A DNA stretch of 64,000 nt, taken from positions 17,980,001 through 18,044,000 of the forward strand of contig OZ024743.1 of NCBI GenBank assembly GCA_964016885.1, read 5' to 3'. Shown piece by piece: positions 1 to 11,089 of this stretch. How positions within the stretch are numbered: the first letter of the stretch is position 1; the number at the start of each line of letters is the position of its first letter. Under the pieces are notes generated by a model. The model ran no database searches. It was not told where the DNA came from and worked only from the letters and a program-made list of their open reading frames with translations. The translations under genes were made by a program, and so were the position numbers. The DNA is from Eledone cirrhosa (lineage: Eukaryota).

Positions 1-672
1 TTGTCAATAATTATAATAAATTTCGCGCCAGTTCGCGTTACAATAGTTCTTCAAATAAGAGAGAGAGGGGGGGGGGGGGGTTGTCACAGGTTGTTTTTTC
101 ATATATGAGTGTTTGAATTTCTTTTTACTTGAAAAAATGAGGCTCACGAAGGCTTTTTTTTTGGTTGGTTATAAATGAAATTTGGCTGTCACGTGAACAA
201 GTTTTCATTACATTTTTGCGCCCTTATTTGGAAAACTATTCTGTAGTCTTTATAGTGAATGTTATGACAATGGAGAGATAGTGGTCAAGGGAAAAGGGAT
301 TGGGAGAAATGTTCTGGTTCAGTGAATATGGCCAGCTGTCAGAGTTCAGGTGTCAGAGTTCAGATTTTCTATTGAGACTGAAGATATGTGTTTATTTGTG
401 TGCTTGTGTGTGTGTATGTGTGTGTGTGTGTATGTGTGTATTGGAAGATGATTCTATTAGTAGAGATGGGGGAGGGAGTTGGGTGTTATGTGTGTGTGTG
501 CGAGTATGTTAGATAGAGAGAATATATATTTTGTGTGTGTGTATATATATATGTGTGTAGGAAAGTGGTTCTATTAGTAGAAATGGGGAGGGTGTTGAGG
601 TGTGGGGGTTGTTATGTGTGTGTATGGGTGTTATGTGTGTGGGAGTATGGTTAGCATGTTAAGATGAAGAGA

Positions 673-703
<31 letters not shown>

Positions 704-1514
704 GTGTGTGTGTATGTGTGTGTGTAGGAAAATGATTCCTTTAGTAGGAATATTTTTGAATGAACATATTTTCCTGACTTTTTCGTGTTTGCTATTGTAT
801 TGCCAGTGCAAACGTATGTTTAAGGTTTATTTAGTTCGGGTTTTTATTTTCTAAAGTAGAAGGTGTTATGTGTGTGTGTGTATGTCATATTGTGGTGTTG
901 ACATAATGTATATTAAACCTTATTTAATGTTGGTCTATATTTTTGAATAAACATATTTTCCTTATTTATTCGCATTTGTTCTGTTGTATTGTTAGCGCCA
1001 AGGTAAAATGGGAAGACTTGGAATTTGGGTGTCTTATTACTTGCGCAAATGTCTAGATATGCACTTAGTGGTATCTGTCTCGTGGTTGGATCTCGTAATT
1101 GTTGGCGATGAACTGTCATTCTGTTTCTGAGTGTGAGTTTAGTTTGTCCTATATAATCTTCATTGCATCCTTTACATTTAATGGCATAAACTAGATTTTT
1201 TGATGAGCAAGTGAAGTGATTTTTTACAGTAAAATTTTGTCCTGATTTAAATGTATACGTGTTGCCTTCAATGAGGTGAGTGCAGGTTCCACAATTAGAG
1301 CGACCACATTTTTTGATACTTGGTTGTGGGTTTGTGGTAGGTAATTTGGCATTGGTGAGTAATGTTTTCAGTGATTTTGGTTGTCTTTTGCTTTTGATTA
1401 TTTTGTGTGTTTCAAGGGCTTTTTTCATTCTTGGGTTTTGTTTTAGTAGTGGGATGTTATTGTGAATAGTGTTGTAAGCTTCCGCATTTCTTGGGTTGTG
1501 TGTTGAGATATATG
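1..1514 (-). mobile_element. Penelope-like retroelement (Neptune-like), 5'-truncated: GIY-YIG end plus long 3' UTR running off the window start
   Basis: ORF 913..1428 (frame extends upstream as YISTHNPRN to ~1514) has CGRSNCGTC, FTCSSKNLVYAIKCKGCNEDYIGQT and LRNRMTVHR, the Cys-rich linker and GIY-YIG motif of PLEs. Confidence 0.9.
913..1514 (-). pseudogene. PLE GIY-YIG endonuclease domain, truncated (no RT)
   Basis: LVY..YIGQT motif, conserved R and H, C-terminal KENMFIQKYRPTLN. Confidence 0.85.
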
Positions 1515-1542
1515 ATAGAATATTGGACGTACCTTGAAATTC

Positions 1543-2904
1543 AAGATTATATAGGACAAACTAAACTCACACTCAGAAACAGAATGACAGTTCATCGCCA
1601 ACAATTACGAGATCCAACCACGAGACAGATACCACTAAGTGCATATCTAGACATTTGCGCAAATAATAAGACACCCAAATTCCAAGTCTTCCCATTTTAC
1701 CTTGGTGCTAACAATACAACAGAACAAATGCGAATAAATAAGGAAAATATGTTTATTCAAAAATATAGACCAACATTAAATAAGGTTTAATATACATTAT
1801 GTCAACACCACAATATGACATACACACACACACATAACACCTTCTACTTTAGAAAATAAAAACCCGAACTAAATAAACCTTAAACATACGTTTGCACTGG
1901 CAATACAATAGCAAACACGAAAAAGTCAGGAAAATATGTTCATTCAAAAATATTCCTACTAAAGGAATCATTTTCCTACACACACACATACACACACACA
2001 CAATATATATATATTCTCTTCATCTTAACATGCTAACCATACTCCCACACACATAACACCCATACACACACATAACAACCCCCACACCTACAACACCCTC
2101 CCCATTTCTACTAATAGAACCACTTTCCTACACATATATATATACACACACACAAAATATATATTCTCTCTATCTAACATACTCGCACACACACACATAA
2201 CACACAACTCCCTCCCCCATCTCTACTAATAGAATCATCTTCCAATACACACATACACACACACACATATACACACACACAAGCACACAAATAAACACAT
2301 ATCTTCAGTCTCAATAGAAAATCTGAACTCTGACACCTGAACTCTGACAGCTGGCCATATTCACTGAACCAGAACATTTCTCCCAATCCCTTTTCCCTTG
2401 ACCACTATCTCTCCATTGTCATAACATTCACTATAAAGACTACAGAATAGTTTTCCAAATAAGGGCGCAAAAATGTAATGAAAACTTGTTCACGTGACAG
2501 CCAAATTTCATTTATAACCAACCAAAAAAAAGCCTTCGTGAGCCTCATTTTTTCAAGTAAAAAGAAATTCAAACACTCATATATGAAAAAACAACCTGTG
2601 ACAACCCCCCCCCCCCCTCTCTTATTTGAAGAACTATTGTAACGCGAACTGGCGCGAAATTTATGATAATTATTGACAAACCAGTCAAATTACTTCTCGA
2701 AAAACCTGGTTTTCGAGCCACTTTTTCCATATAAAACAAGTAACATTTAGAGACCAACCAGATGTGAGAAAAACCACAGACCCTCCATCTCAACTCACCT
2801 TTTGAAAAGCAGAAGAACTGCGAAACCGGTAAAGGAACCAAATAAATATATATATTTAAAAAAAAAATAAGACTTCAGTTGCATTTTCGATTTCATCCCT
2901 TTTT

Positions 2905-2907
<3 letters not shown>
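1543..2907 (+). mobile_element. Inverted second copy of the same PLE 3' end (family A pseudo-LTR)
   Basis: 1543..2679 is the reverse complement of 1..1160. ORF 1491..1790 repeats DYIGQT..LNKV. The copy continues into the family A terminal sequence and ends at (TA)n. Confidence 0.9.
2798..2835 (+). ncRNA. Minimal type I hammerhead ribozyme motif, U3-A8 covariant core
   Basis: CCTT-TTGAAAA-GCAG aagaa CTGC-GAAA-ccg-GTA-AAGG, with palindromic ACCGGT stem III and AATAAA just downstream. Confidence 0.7.
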
Positions 2908-2950
<43 letters not shown>

Positions 2951-2994
2951 AAGTTAAATAAAAGTCAAATGATTAAAATTTAGCTTCGTTTATT

Positions 2995-3049
2995 ACTGCT
3001 ATATATATTTCAGTGACAGCCATCTTTGGCTGTGACCTCTTCAGGCAGT
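2995..3049 (-). ncRNA. Type I hammerhead ribozyme motif (AUA site)
   Basis: Reverse complement reads ACTGC-CTGAAGA-stem II-GAAA-tatat-ATA-GCAGT. Confidence 0.75.
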
Positions 3050-3225
3050 TTAAATTAGTATAGTATAGACAAGTACATATGTTGTTTAGGTGTATGATAT
3101 TGTCAATACTCTGATATGCCCAGTTCCTTGTTGGGTTGTTAATTCACTGGGAAACTGATATCAGAGTATTGACAATATCATACACCTAACCAACATATGT
3201 ACTTGTCTATACCATACTAATTCAA

Positions 3226-3280
3226 ACTGCCTGAAGAGGTCACAGCCAAAGATGGCTGTCACTGAAATATATGTAGCAGT
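3226..3280 (+). ncRNA. Type I hammerhead ribozyme motif (GUA site)
   Basis: ACTGC-CTGAAGA-ggtcACAGCCAaagaTGGCTGTcact-GAAA-tatat-GTA-GCAGT-AATAAA. Confidence 0.8.
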
Positions 3281-3449
3281 AATAAACGAAGCTAAATTTT
3301 AATCATTTGACTTTTATTTAACTTTATTTTACACTCCTCCGGAGTAACCAAACCAACCTGCGCACTTCGTCGAGTGCTCTAGCCTGCATACTGAGGTGTT
3401 GGTATACAACCAACATAAACTCAAAATCTCTCTCTCTCTCTCTCTCTCG

Positions 3450-3498
<49 letters not shown>

Positions 3499-3500
3499 TA

Positions 3501-3555
3501 TGAGATTCCTGATGATTTCTAAAGAATGAAACAGTTCAAGTCCTGTAGAATCTCA
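3501..3555 (+). ncRNA. Canonical type I hammerhead ribozyme
   Basis: TGAGATTC-CTGATGA-tTTCTaaAGAAt-GAAA-CAG ttcaagtc CT-GTA-GAATCTCA: 8-bp stem I, full core, closed stem III. Confidence 0.85.
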
Positions 3556-5495
3556 TGTGTCTGTTTTTGTGCCTGTGTATGTATTTATTTATTTATTTAT
3601 TTATTAATTTATATTTCTCTTAGGTCAGTATTGTTTGTTTGGGTGTTGTAATTGCATTCATTTGTTTCTGTTTAGTTTTGGCCTTCTAAGTTCTAGTTCA
3701 CTGGCCTCTCTGATTTGCCTATCTGCTGGGTCATTTCTATGTTAAGATATTTTTCTAATTTCTATGTTGTCTATGTTACCGCCGTGTTGTGGTCTGGCGT
3801 GTTCGTATAGTACTGAACCATTTTTTCGTCCTTTTAGTTCCCCCCAGTGTTGGTCTCTCCTTTCATCTATGCTACGAGCTGTCTCACCTATGAATGTTGT
3901 TGTTATGTTTCTGCAAGTACCCTCTGTACATCTTATGCTATAGACTACGTTTCTAGTTTTACAGTTTATCTGGGAGTTTACTTTACCTATATTACATTTC
4001 CTATTAGTACAGTAGGTTTTCTTAAAAGGGTAGGTTTTGATGATCAGGGACTTTATGGTGGTTCCTGGCTTTTCTACCACCTTAATCTTTAAGTGGGTCT
4101 TTCTCGGGGCCTTTCTTCACTGGTTAGTTAATTTAGTTCCAGGGGTAGCGTCCACGAACATGTCACTCTGGTATCTCTGGTTGTCGTACCATGAGGTGGC
4201 TTTCCCTATCTTATGTTTAGTCCTATCTAAGCTATTCCATGATTTGCTCCTGTATAATGGGAAAATTCCTTTCAGTTCCAGTTCTATGAGGGTCTTATAC
4301 TTCTCCGTGGCTCCTTCGTATACTCTGATTCGGTCTATTTGGTTGTAGCCAGAGAACTGCATGCTGTTGATGAAATGTTAAATGTGTCTTTCCATTTCTT
4401 TTGGGTCGCACATGCGTGACACGTTGTTCATCACTCGTACCAAGTCTGCGATCAGTATATTAAACTTAGCACTACTGGACATTGCTGAGTTTTTGAGTAT
4501 CAGGTATTTGGAGGCCATGGGTTTAGCGTAGTGTGAGTGGAGAATGTGGTATCTCTCGTCTATAGTGTTAATCCAGAGTTCCGGGTCTAATACAGATAGT
4601 ATATTGTTAGGGTGTTTGGAAAGGAAGTCGAAAGTTACAGTTATACTCTGGTGTATGGAATTAGCTATCTGCTGGATGCTTTCTATTGAGCTACATTCTA
4701 AATCATACGTGTTAGTACTCTCTTGTGGGAGATGTCCTTATTACTATATTGATGTTGACTACGTAACGAGAGTACATGATGAGGTCTATGGAGCTCTCAT
4801 CAAGGAGATCTTTGAGTCTCCTTTCCCACCATACCATAAAGAGGTTGGCAACGTCACCAGCTATGCTGACGCCAATGGCTGCTCCCTCATTCTGGGTGCA
4901 GATCTCGTTGAATTTGAATATGTGGCCCTTTAGGGTAGTTTTAATACTAGTCCCTATTGTATGTGCGACCATTTTTCCTACCTGATCATTGTTTTGAGGG
5001 GTCCGTATAGCTTTGGTCCACCCAATCCACCTTGCCATGGAAGTCTTTTTTGTCATTGGTGTTATGATGGGGGTCTACCTCCTATGGGTCTACTGCGGCT
5101 GAAACGTCTAAGGTCATGGCTGTCTAGGTAGTCAGTGTCATAGGTAAGTTTAAGTAGGAGGCCCAGTTCGTCTGTCTCGACCGACGTCGCAGAACTCCAC
5201 CTCACTCTTACTGATCATCTCCACACATTTTCCAACAGCAAAATCTATGTCAATGGATGGGTATAGTGACACTACGTACATACTGCCTATTATGTAGTTG
5301 GATAGGTTTTTTTGTTTTTGTTTCACTCACTGATTCTACTGAGGAGGTCCCCTGTACTTTCACATACATCTGGGGACATCTTGATTATGGGGCGTATAAA
5401 CATTGAGAGGAAGTAGGAGATCCTGTAGTTGCTAGCGATATTGGCTCCACATACAGGTATTGTTGGTGGTCCTGTTTTCCTGTCTCGACAGACGA
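3501..5495 (-). mobile_element. Decayed Penelope-like element (Nematis-like), RT + GIY-YIG with frameshifts
   Basis: SLYPSI, QNEGAAIGVSIAGDVANLFM, YSRYVVN (YxDD decayed), YAKPMAS, MQFSGY, MFVDATPG, NVVYSIRC..FIGETARSIDER. Confidence 0.85.
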
Positions 5496-5640
5496 TTTCA
5501 TATAAAAAACTTCGCGAAATTATATATATATGTATATATTTATATAATTGATTAAAAACGGATTTTATATATATATATATACACATATATATGTGTGCAT
5601 GTGTGTATAGGTATATATGTATTTTATTTATATATATATA

Positions 5641-6270
5641 TACAATATGTTGAAAGGGTAACACACCAGAGAGAGATATACAGTGCGCTATCAATAAAAC
5701 AGGGAAAAACCAGCAAAATCCTGATATTTCGCTCCATATAACAATCTTTCCTATTTCTCTGTTTGGTTGAGCACACTTCTCTGAGTGGTTTTGGGCTGCC
5801 CTTTCTAGCAGCTCGTCACTCAGAGGCTCGTTCCTCACTGCCCTTAAACACGCTATGACTTTTCGCTCCCACGTGTAGCTGGACAGTCACTTTTAAAATT
5901 GTCTTAGTGTTGTCTGAAATGTATAGCCTTACACACGCTGAGGAACCGGAGTTATTCCATTTCTTTCAACAAATTACTGGCGAAACGGATCTCTTTGGAT
6001 GTGTACGTGTGTTATATACTTATAGAGGTATTTATTTACGCTTTAATTTATATGTTTAACTATCGTGTCTATAGTCTGCCGTCACAGGTTATAGATTACA
6101 TACACTGGTGGTTTCTTTCCCTGTTTTATTGATAGCGCACTGTATATGTCTCTCTGGTGTGTTAACTTTTCAACATATTGTATTTTAAAGAGCTCAGGAT
6201 TTCTTCTCCTTTGAGCACATTATTTACAGGGAATGGCGAGGGCCTATATCTCCGTTAATTTATCGTGATG
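5641..6270 (+). mobile_element. PLE pseudo-LTR remnant with terminal inversion (5641..5712 vs 6109..6182)
   Basis: ~70-bp inverted repeat, internal HHR, unpaired tail 6183..6270, TA-rich flanks. Confidence 0.7.
5931..6012 (+). ncRNA. Type I hammerhead ribozyme motif
   Basis: ACACACG-CTGAGGA-accgg..ctggc-GAAAC-ggatc..gatgt-GTA-CGTGTGT: perfect 7-bp stem I, imperfect stems II and III. Confidence 0.75.
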
Positions 6271-6289
6271 TATATATATATATATATTT

Positions 6290-6420
6290 ATTAAAATAAG
6301 AGATTAAAGTTTAAGCAAATAATCGCTGCTTTCACCCTTAACGGGATCTTCTGAAACTTTGACATATATTTATCCTTTTCGAACCCTCTTTGGATTTTAG
6401 TCTTCAAATTTAATATTATT
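6290..6420 (-). mobile_element. Short PLE terminal fragment (family B) with HHR-like motif 6306..6360
   Basis: The first ~70 bp nearly match 30035..30103, the 3' terminus of the PLE at 30035..32080. Confidence 0.7.
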
Positions 6421-6424
6421 ACTA

Positions 6425-6428
<4 letters not shown>

Positions 6429-6521
<93 letters not shown>

Positions 6522-6549
6522 TTTGTTATTTATTACATAAATAAATAAA

Positions 6550-6596
<47 letters not shown>

Positions 6597-6618
6597 ATTT
6601 ATGTTATTTATTACATAA

Positions 6619-6663
<45 letters not shown>

Positions 6664-6758
6664 AAAATTTGAACAGGGACAGAACAGAGAGGCAGTACAA
6701 TAAATGTATGTATATATATACGTCTGTGTGTGTGTGTGGCGTGTGTTTATATACATAC

Positions 6759-6810
<52 letters not shown>
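6429..6810. repeat. Cluster of (TA)n microsatellites
   Basis: Four TA tracts separated by short spacers, two of which are duplicated (gttatttattacataaataaata). Confidence 0.95.
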
Positions 6811-6812
<2 letters not shown>

Positions 6813-8171
6813 TAATAATATATATCTACACATACTAACAGACACAATAAGGTATATCTGCGTGCGTAAATGTGTGTGGTTGTATGTCTATTTATGAATA
6901 CACTGAATGCTATATTATTATTACTAAAAGAACTTCATATCATTATTTCTGTCAGATATTCTTTTGGTGACCAAAAAGCTTTTGTATACTCTATAATTAT
7001 AGAATTGTAGCCACGAGAAATGAACATTGCTATTATATTCCTTCCCATAATGCATTATTGACCATTCCCTACCTGACCAAGCGCAGATTATACCAACCTT
7101 CTGTTTCTTTGACACACGGCATGTCAAAATACTTTCCTTTTAATATAATATTGCATGACTGAAAAGAATTGAATGAATTTCGTCTTGCAATGACAATTTC
7201 TTCAAAGGATTTTTACTGTACGTTTTAATGCAGATATTTGTGCGTTGTAACTCTATTTCCATCAATATTAGAATCTAGGGCTACTCTCAGAGGAAATGTG
7301 CTTTATGTAGCTATGTTAATATAAACATTAAAGGCTATAAATGCATGAATAACGTCGCTTGTAATTACTACAACTTTCTATCGAGAGAACCCAGCAACCA
7401 TATCTACGACAATGTAAAATAGCTACAATACACCATACATAACTGAAAGAACTACTATTACACTAATTATACGCTAGCCGTTCATTCCCATTTTCGACAG
7501 ATTTACTTTCTCTTTCTCTCACTTCATCTCTCTCTTTCAAATTCTTAGTCTCTACGGACAAATTTTACTCTTTAAATCTATAACTATTCCCCAGCTATCG
7601 CAAGGTTTGTTCCTTAATCCATCTCTAATAACAACACCGGTCTAACTGTTCAGTTAGATTGTGTATATCCAATATTGCAGGTTCCTTTCTTTATCCAGCA
7701 TGTGTATTGTACAAGCCATAAATTACCCAAATTGCAATATAAGGAAATTTGCGGAAAGTATGGTGCGAATTCTTATTAATTGCATGTTATTATATGTATT
7801 CTTGTGGTATTTATATCACATTTCATTTTGACTAATCATGTGCAGAAAAACATTATATGGAATATTTTTGGTTGTTTATAAATCCATAATTGTTCCAAGA
7901 AAAATGATACATGTGAATACTGAAACACATTTTATATATACACATAATGTTGCACACAATCATATAACCTGCAGGAATGCTTACTATTATATATGTACGT
8001 ACATGTAGATATAAAAATCACATAGCACATCCCCACCCCTCCATATATACATATATATATACATATATATACACACACACGCACATATATATACATATAT
8101 ATACATATATATACATACACACACATACACACACACACAGATATATATATATATATGTATTTATATGTTGT

Positions 8172-8204
<33 letters not shown>

Positions 8205-8790
8205 ATACTTGTGGATGGTCATATTGTTATAATATTGGCAGAAATAATAACAGAACACACTCACTGTTTGGTTTGGGTTGCTTTTTGCTTTGTATCTTTT
8301 ATATCTCCATAGTTAATTTATCTGGAAATAAATGTTTATCATTCATTGGCCAGCGGTTAAAAACACAGATGTAAATATATATATATATAATCTATCAAAG
8401 TTTTTTCATCAGACATCTGTGACATCATCAGTGGTACTTGTATGTTTACTCCCGTTGTATTGTAATGCCTACGCCATTTTTATTTAATTAATTAATTTAT
8501 TTATTTATTCTTGTTTCTGTCTCTGGTAGCGCATGCGTTTGCGTGTGTGTTTCTTGTTGGGTGACTGTGTTCGTGTTTGAGTGTATGTGTTTAGATTTCT
8601 GTATCTTTATACACGAGTGTTTGTTTATATTTTTGTTGTTATTATACTTGTGTATATGTTTATATGTATATATGTGTTTTTCGTTGTTGCTATGTTCAGT
8701 AAAATTCTATTTCCATGTAGAAACTATTTATGAATGTAAAAATAAATAAATATATATACACATATACATATATATATATATATGTGTGTC

Positions 8791-8821
<31 letters not shown>

Positions 8822-9188
8822 ATGGGGAGGGGGGGGGGGCGTGTGTGTGTGTTTGTGTATATTCATATAACCGCTGCAAAACGATATTAAATTTAATTTT
8901 TGAGAACAAAACAGAGCATAATTAACGTTTGACGAATGGAAGTGATATACTTACATCAACTGGTATAGGAACAAATATGATCATTGTTTATCAACCGGAC
9001 TACATTTACGCTATTACCTCGGGTGTTTACTTGTTACATTTTACCCATATAGCTAAATGCCCAATAATCAATAGCGCCCTCGTAGAACTAACGAAACCAA
9101 AATATATAGTGCCAGCAGGATAAATTTGACATTTGCCGAAGGTTATGTAGTGATAATTCGTGAAATATTATCCTTACCCTACAATAAA

Positions 9189-9222
<34 letters not shown>

Positions 9223-9329
9223 GCAGCCGATCGACTTTCGTCAAATCAGACCGAGGAAACAATGTTTCCTTTTGTCTTTCCAATTGCTAATACTATCTAT
9301 CGGTCACAACTCTATGTAGAAGGCGCAAC

Positions 9330-9437
9330 GCGAAATAAATTACTTGCTCAAAGATATAACGCATCGCTCTGTTCGGGAATCGAACTCACAACATCACGAT
9401 TGTGAAACAAATTCTCTAGCCACTCAGCTACGCGCCT
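9330..9437 (-). mobile_element. tRNA-derived SINE 5' part (second family)
   Basis: Reverse complement AGGCGCG-TAGCTGAGTGG (A box) ... GAGTTCGATTCC (B box) ... ctttgagcaag. Confidence 0.65.
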
Positions 9438-9446
9438 ACACTATAT

Positions 9447-9654
9447 ATTGGAAAGTGAGTTTTTTTACAAAATGAAAAGAAAACGAGGTGTCCTGCACGA
9501 GTGAAAGTATAAGGATAAAAGATGAAATCAAAAATGCAGCAGGATACTTTTTTTTTATAAAAATATATATTTATTTGGTTCGTTTACCGGTTTCGCAGTT
9601 CTTCTGCTTTTCAAAATTAGAGTTGAGATGGATTGTCTGTGTTTTTTCTCTCAC
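9447..9654 (-). mobile_element. Solo family A PLE pseudo-LTR with U3-A8 HHR motif (~9582..9617)
   Basis: Homologous to 2760..2905 and 40490..40704. Confidence 0.85.
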
Positions 9655-9668
9655 ACACACACACACAG

Positions 9669-9699
<31 letters not shown>

Positions 9700-11089
9700 A
9701 CAAAATAAGATGCTGAGTTTGCATATATTGTTTAATCATAATAATTATTTCCACGGTTCTCCATGCAATCGAGATGTTCTTCATGCATTTGCTGTTGATT
9801 ATGAGAACGTTATACCCAGATGAAAATAGATATGTTTCATGTGTCGCTGGCAGGAAATCACATGTCCTAATCATACATATGAGTTCCTTGAAGGGTTTGT
9901 CAGCCCTCGTGTTTGCTAGAAAAAGCTATCAACGAAAAAAGACGAAAATAACGAAGAACTGTGTGCAGCCAAAGCCCAGTAGACAATTGAAGCAATAAAT
10001 GGAGCTCTGAGGGGGTTGGGGCATATATTTTGTTGGCAACCACCTATAAACTACAACTACAATAACAACAACATTGACGACGACGACGACTACAACAATA
10101 ACGACAATAACATCAAACCACCGACCAATGCTGTGCACACTGGTCCCAATAGTCGTGATATATTGACAACAACTAAAGCAACAGCTACAGTAAACAATTA
10201 CAACGACAACAACAGAAACAAACGACAACAACAGAAAAAACACAGACCTGCATCGTGTATACAGGTTGTAGTCGTCACAGTGACGGTACCACCCTGTCGA
10301 CAATAAACAGTGATAACGCCAAAGCAATAAAAAGGAGTTTAGAGGTAGGTGGGTACACGGAGATGGTGGTATCAATCACCCCGACCATAAATAGCAACAA
10401 CAACAATGGTAACGGCAACGAGTACCAACACTTGCCATCACGCCCCGCGTTCGTCGTAGTAGTGGTGATACCATCTATGTTAGTATAGAGCCATTTGTAA
10501 CACCAACAAAAACAACAACAACACCAGTGATGACCCCCACCACGGCGACGGCGGCAACAGGAAAAAGCCACGCTTCCATGAAAAATACACCACAGTAGTA
10601 GTCCGTTGTAGCAAGGAAGTGAAAATGGGATAGGAACATAGATGGGTATTTATATATATAAACAAATACTTTCACAGTTAATACAGTCCTCTCTATCACT
10701 GTAAGGCACAAGGCTAGCAATACTTATAGCATTCAATCTCAAACTAGAGTGGCAACAATACTATTAAAAGGGCTGTTATACTATGGAAGAGAGTTACGGG
10801 AAGCGAAAGTAGGAACAGGAACAAGCATGTAAGAAACGAGAACACATATGGAGAACACAATAGTAAAACAACGGGACAAAATGAATAAAAAACAACAGTA
10901 GTTATATAAACAGAGAAAGAAGGAACAAAGGACAAGAAACATGTACACATAGCGACTCCTGGTGTGCAAACAAGATATCCAAGGTTCGCCTGACGATAGG
11001 GTTGCTGCGTGGCCATGCCCGGCGTCCAGGTACAAGTTTACAATAGTCTTCAACTAGTATAACTACGCTGTTAGTCTGTACAGTGTGAG

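Larger units (their letters stand above)
1..2679. repeat. Long inverted repeat, arms 1..1160 and 1543..2679
   Basis: Direct comparison. The arms differ in a few substitutions (ASNKTP vs ANNKTP) and in microsatellite lengths. Confidence 0.95.
2944..3428. mobile_element. Non-autonomous fold-back PLE derivative (arms 2944..3117 / 3158..3331 plus ~100-nt unpaired tail)
   Basis: Near-perfect ~174-bp inverted repeat between microsatellites. Each arm carries an HHR followed by AATAAA. Confidence 0.8.

Noticed and set aside
2944-3331. Palindromes as DNA-transposon MITEs
   Set aside because: The arms are asymmetric (one has a tail), carry HHR and poly(A) motifs and in family A are contiguous with a PLE ORF; no transposase-type TIR ends.
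6490-6660. Repeated spacers between TA tracts resembling an array
   Set aside because: Only two AT-rich copies from local slippage; not CRISPR-like, and the DNA is eukaryotic.
6611-8909. Many ORFs rich in IYIY/CVCV (also 28593, 36554, 43314, 48004)
   Set aside because: They are translations of (TA)n/(TG)n microsatellites, not genes.
9929-11053. Overlapping low-complexity ORFs (N/T/V-rich)
   Set aside because: ACA/AAC-rich sequence, most likely the 3' UTR of the adjacent PLE; no domain motif.
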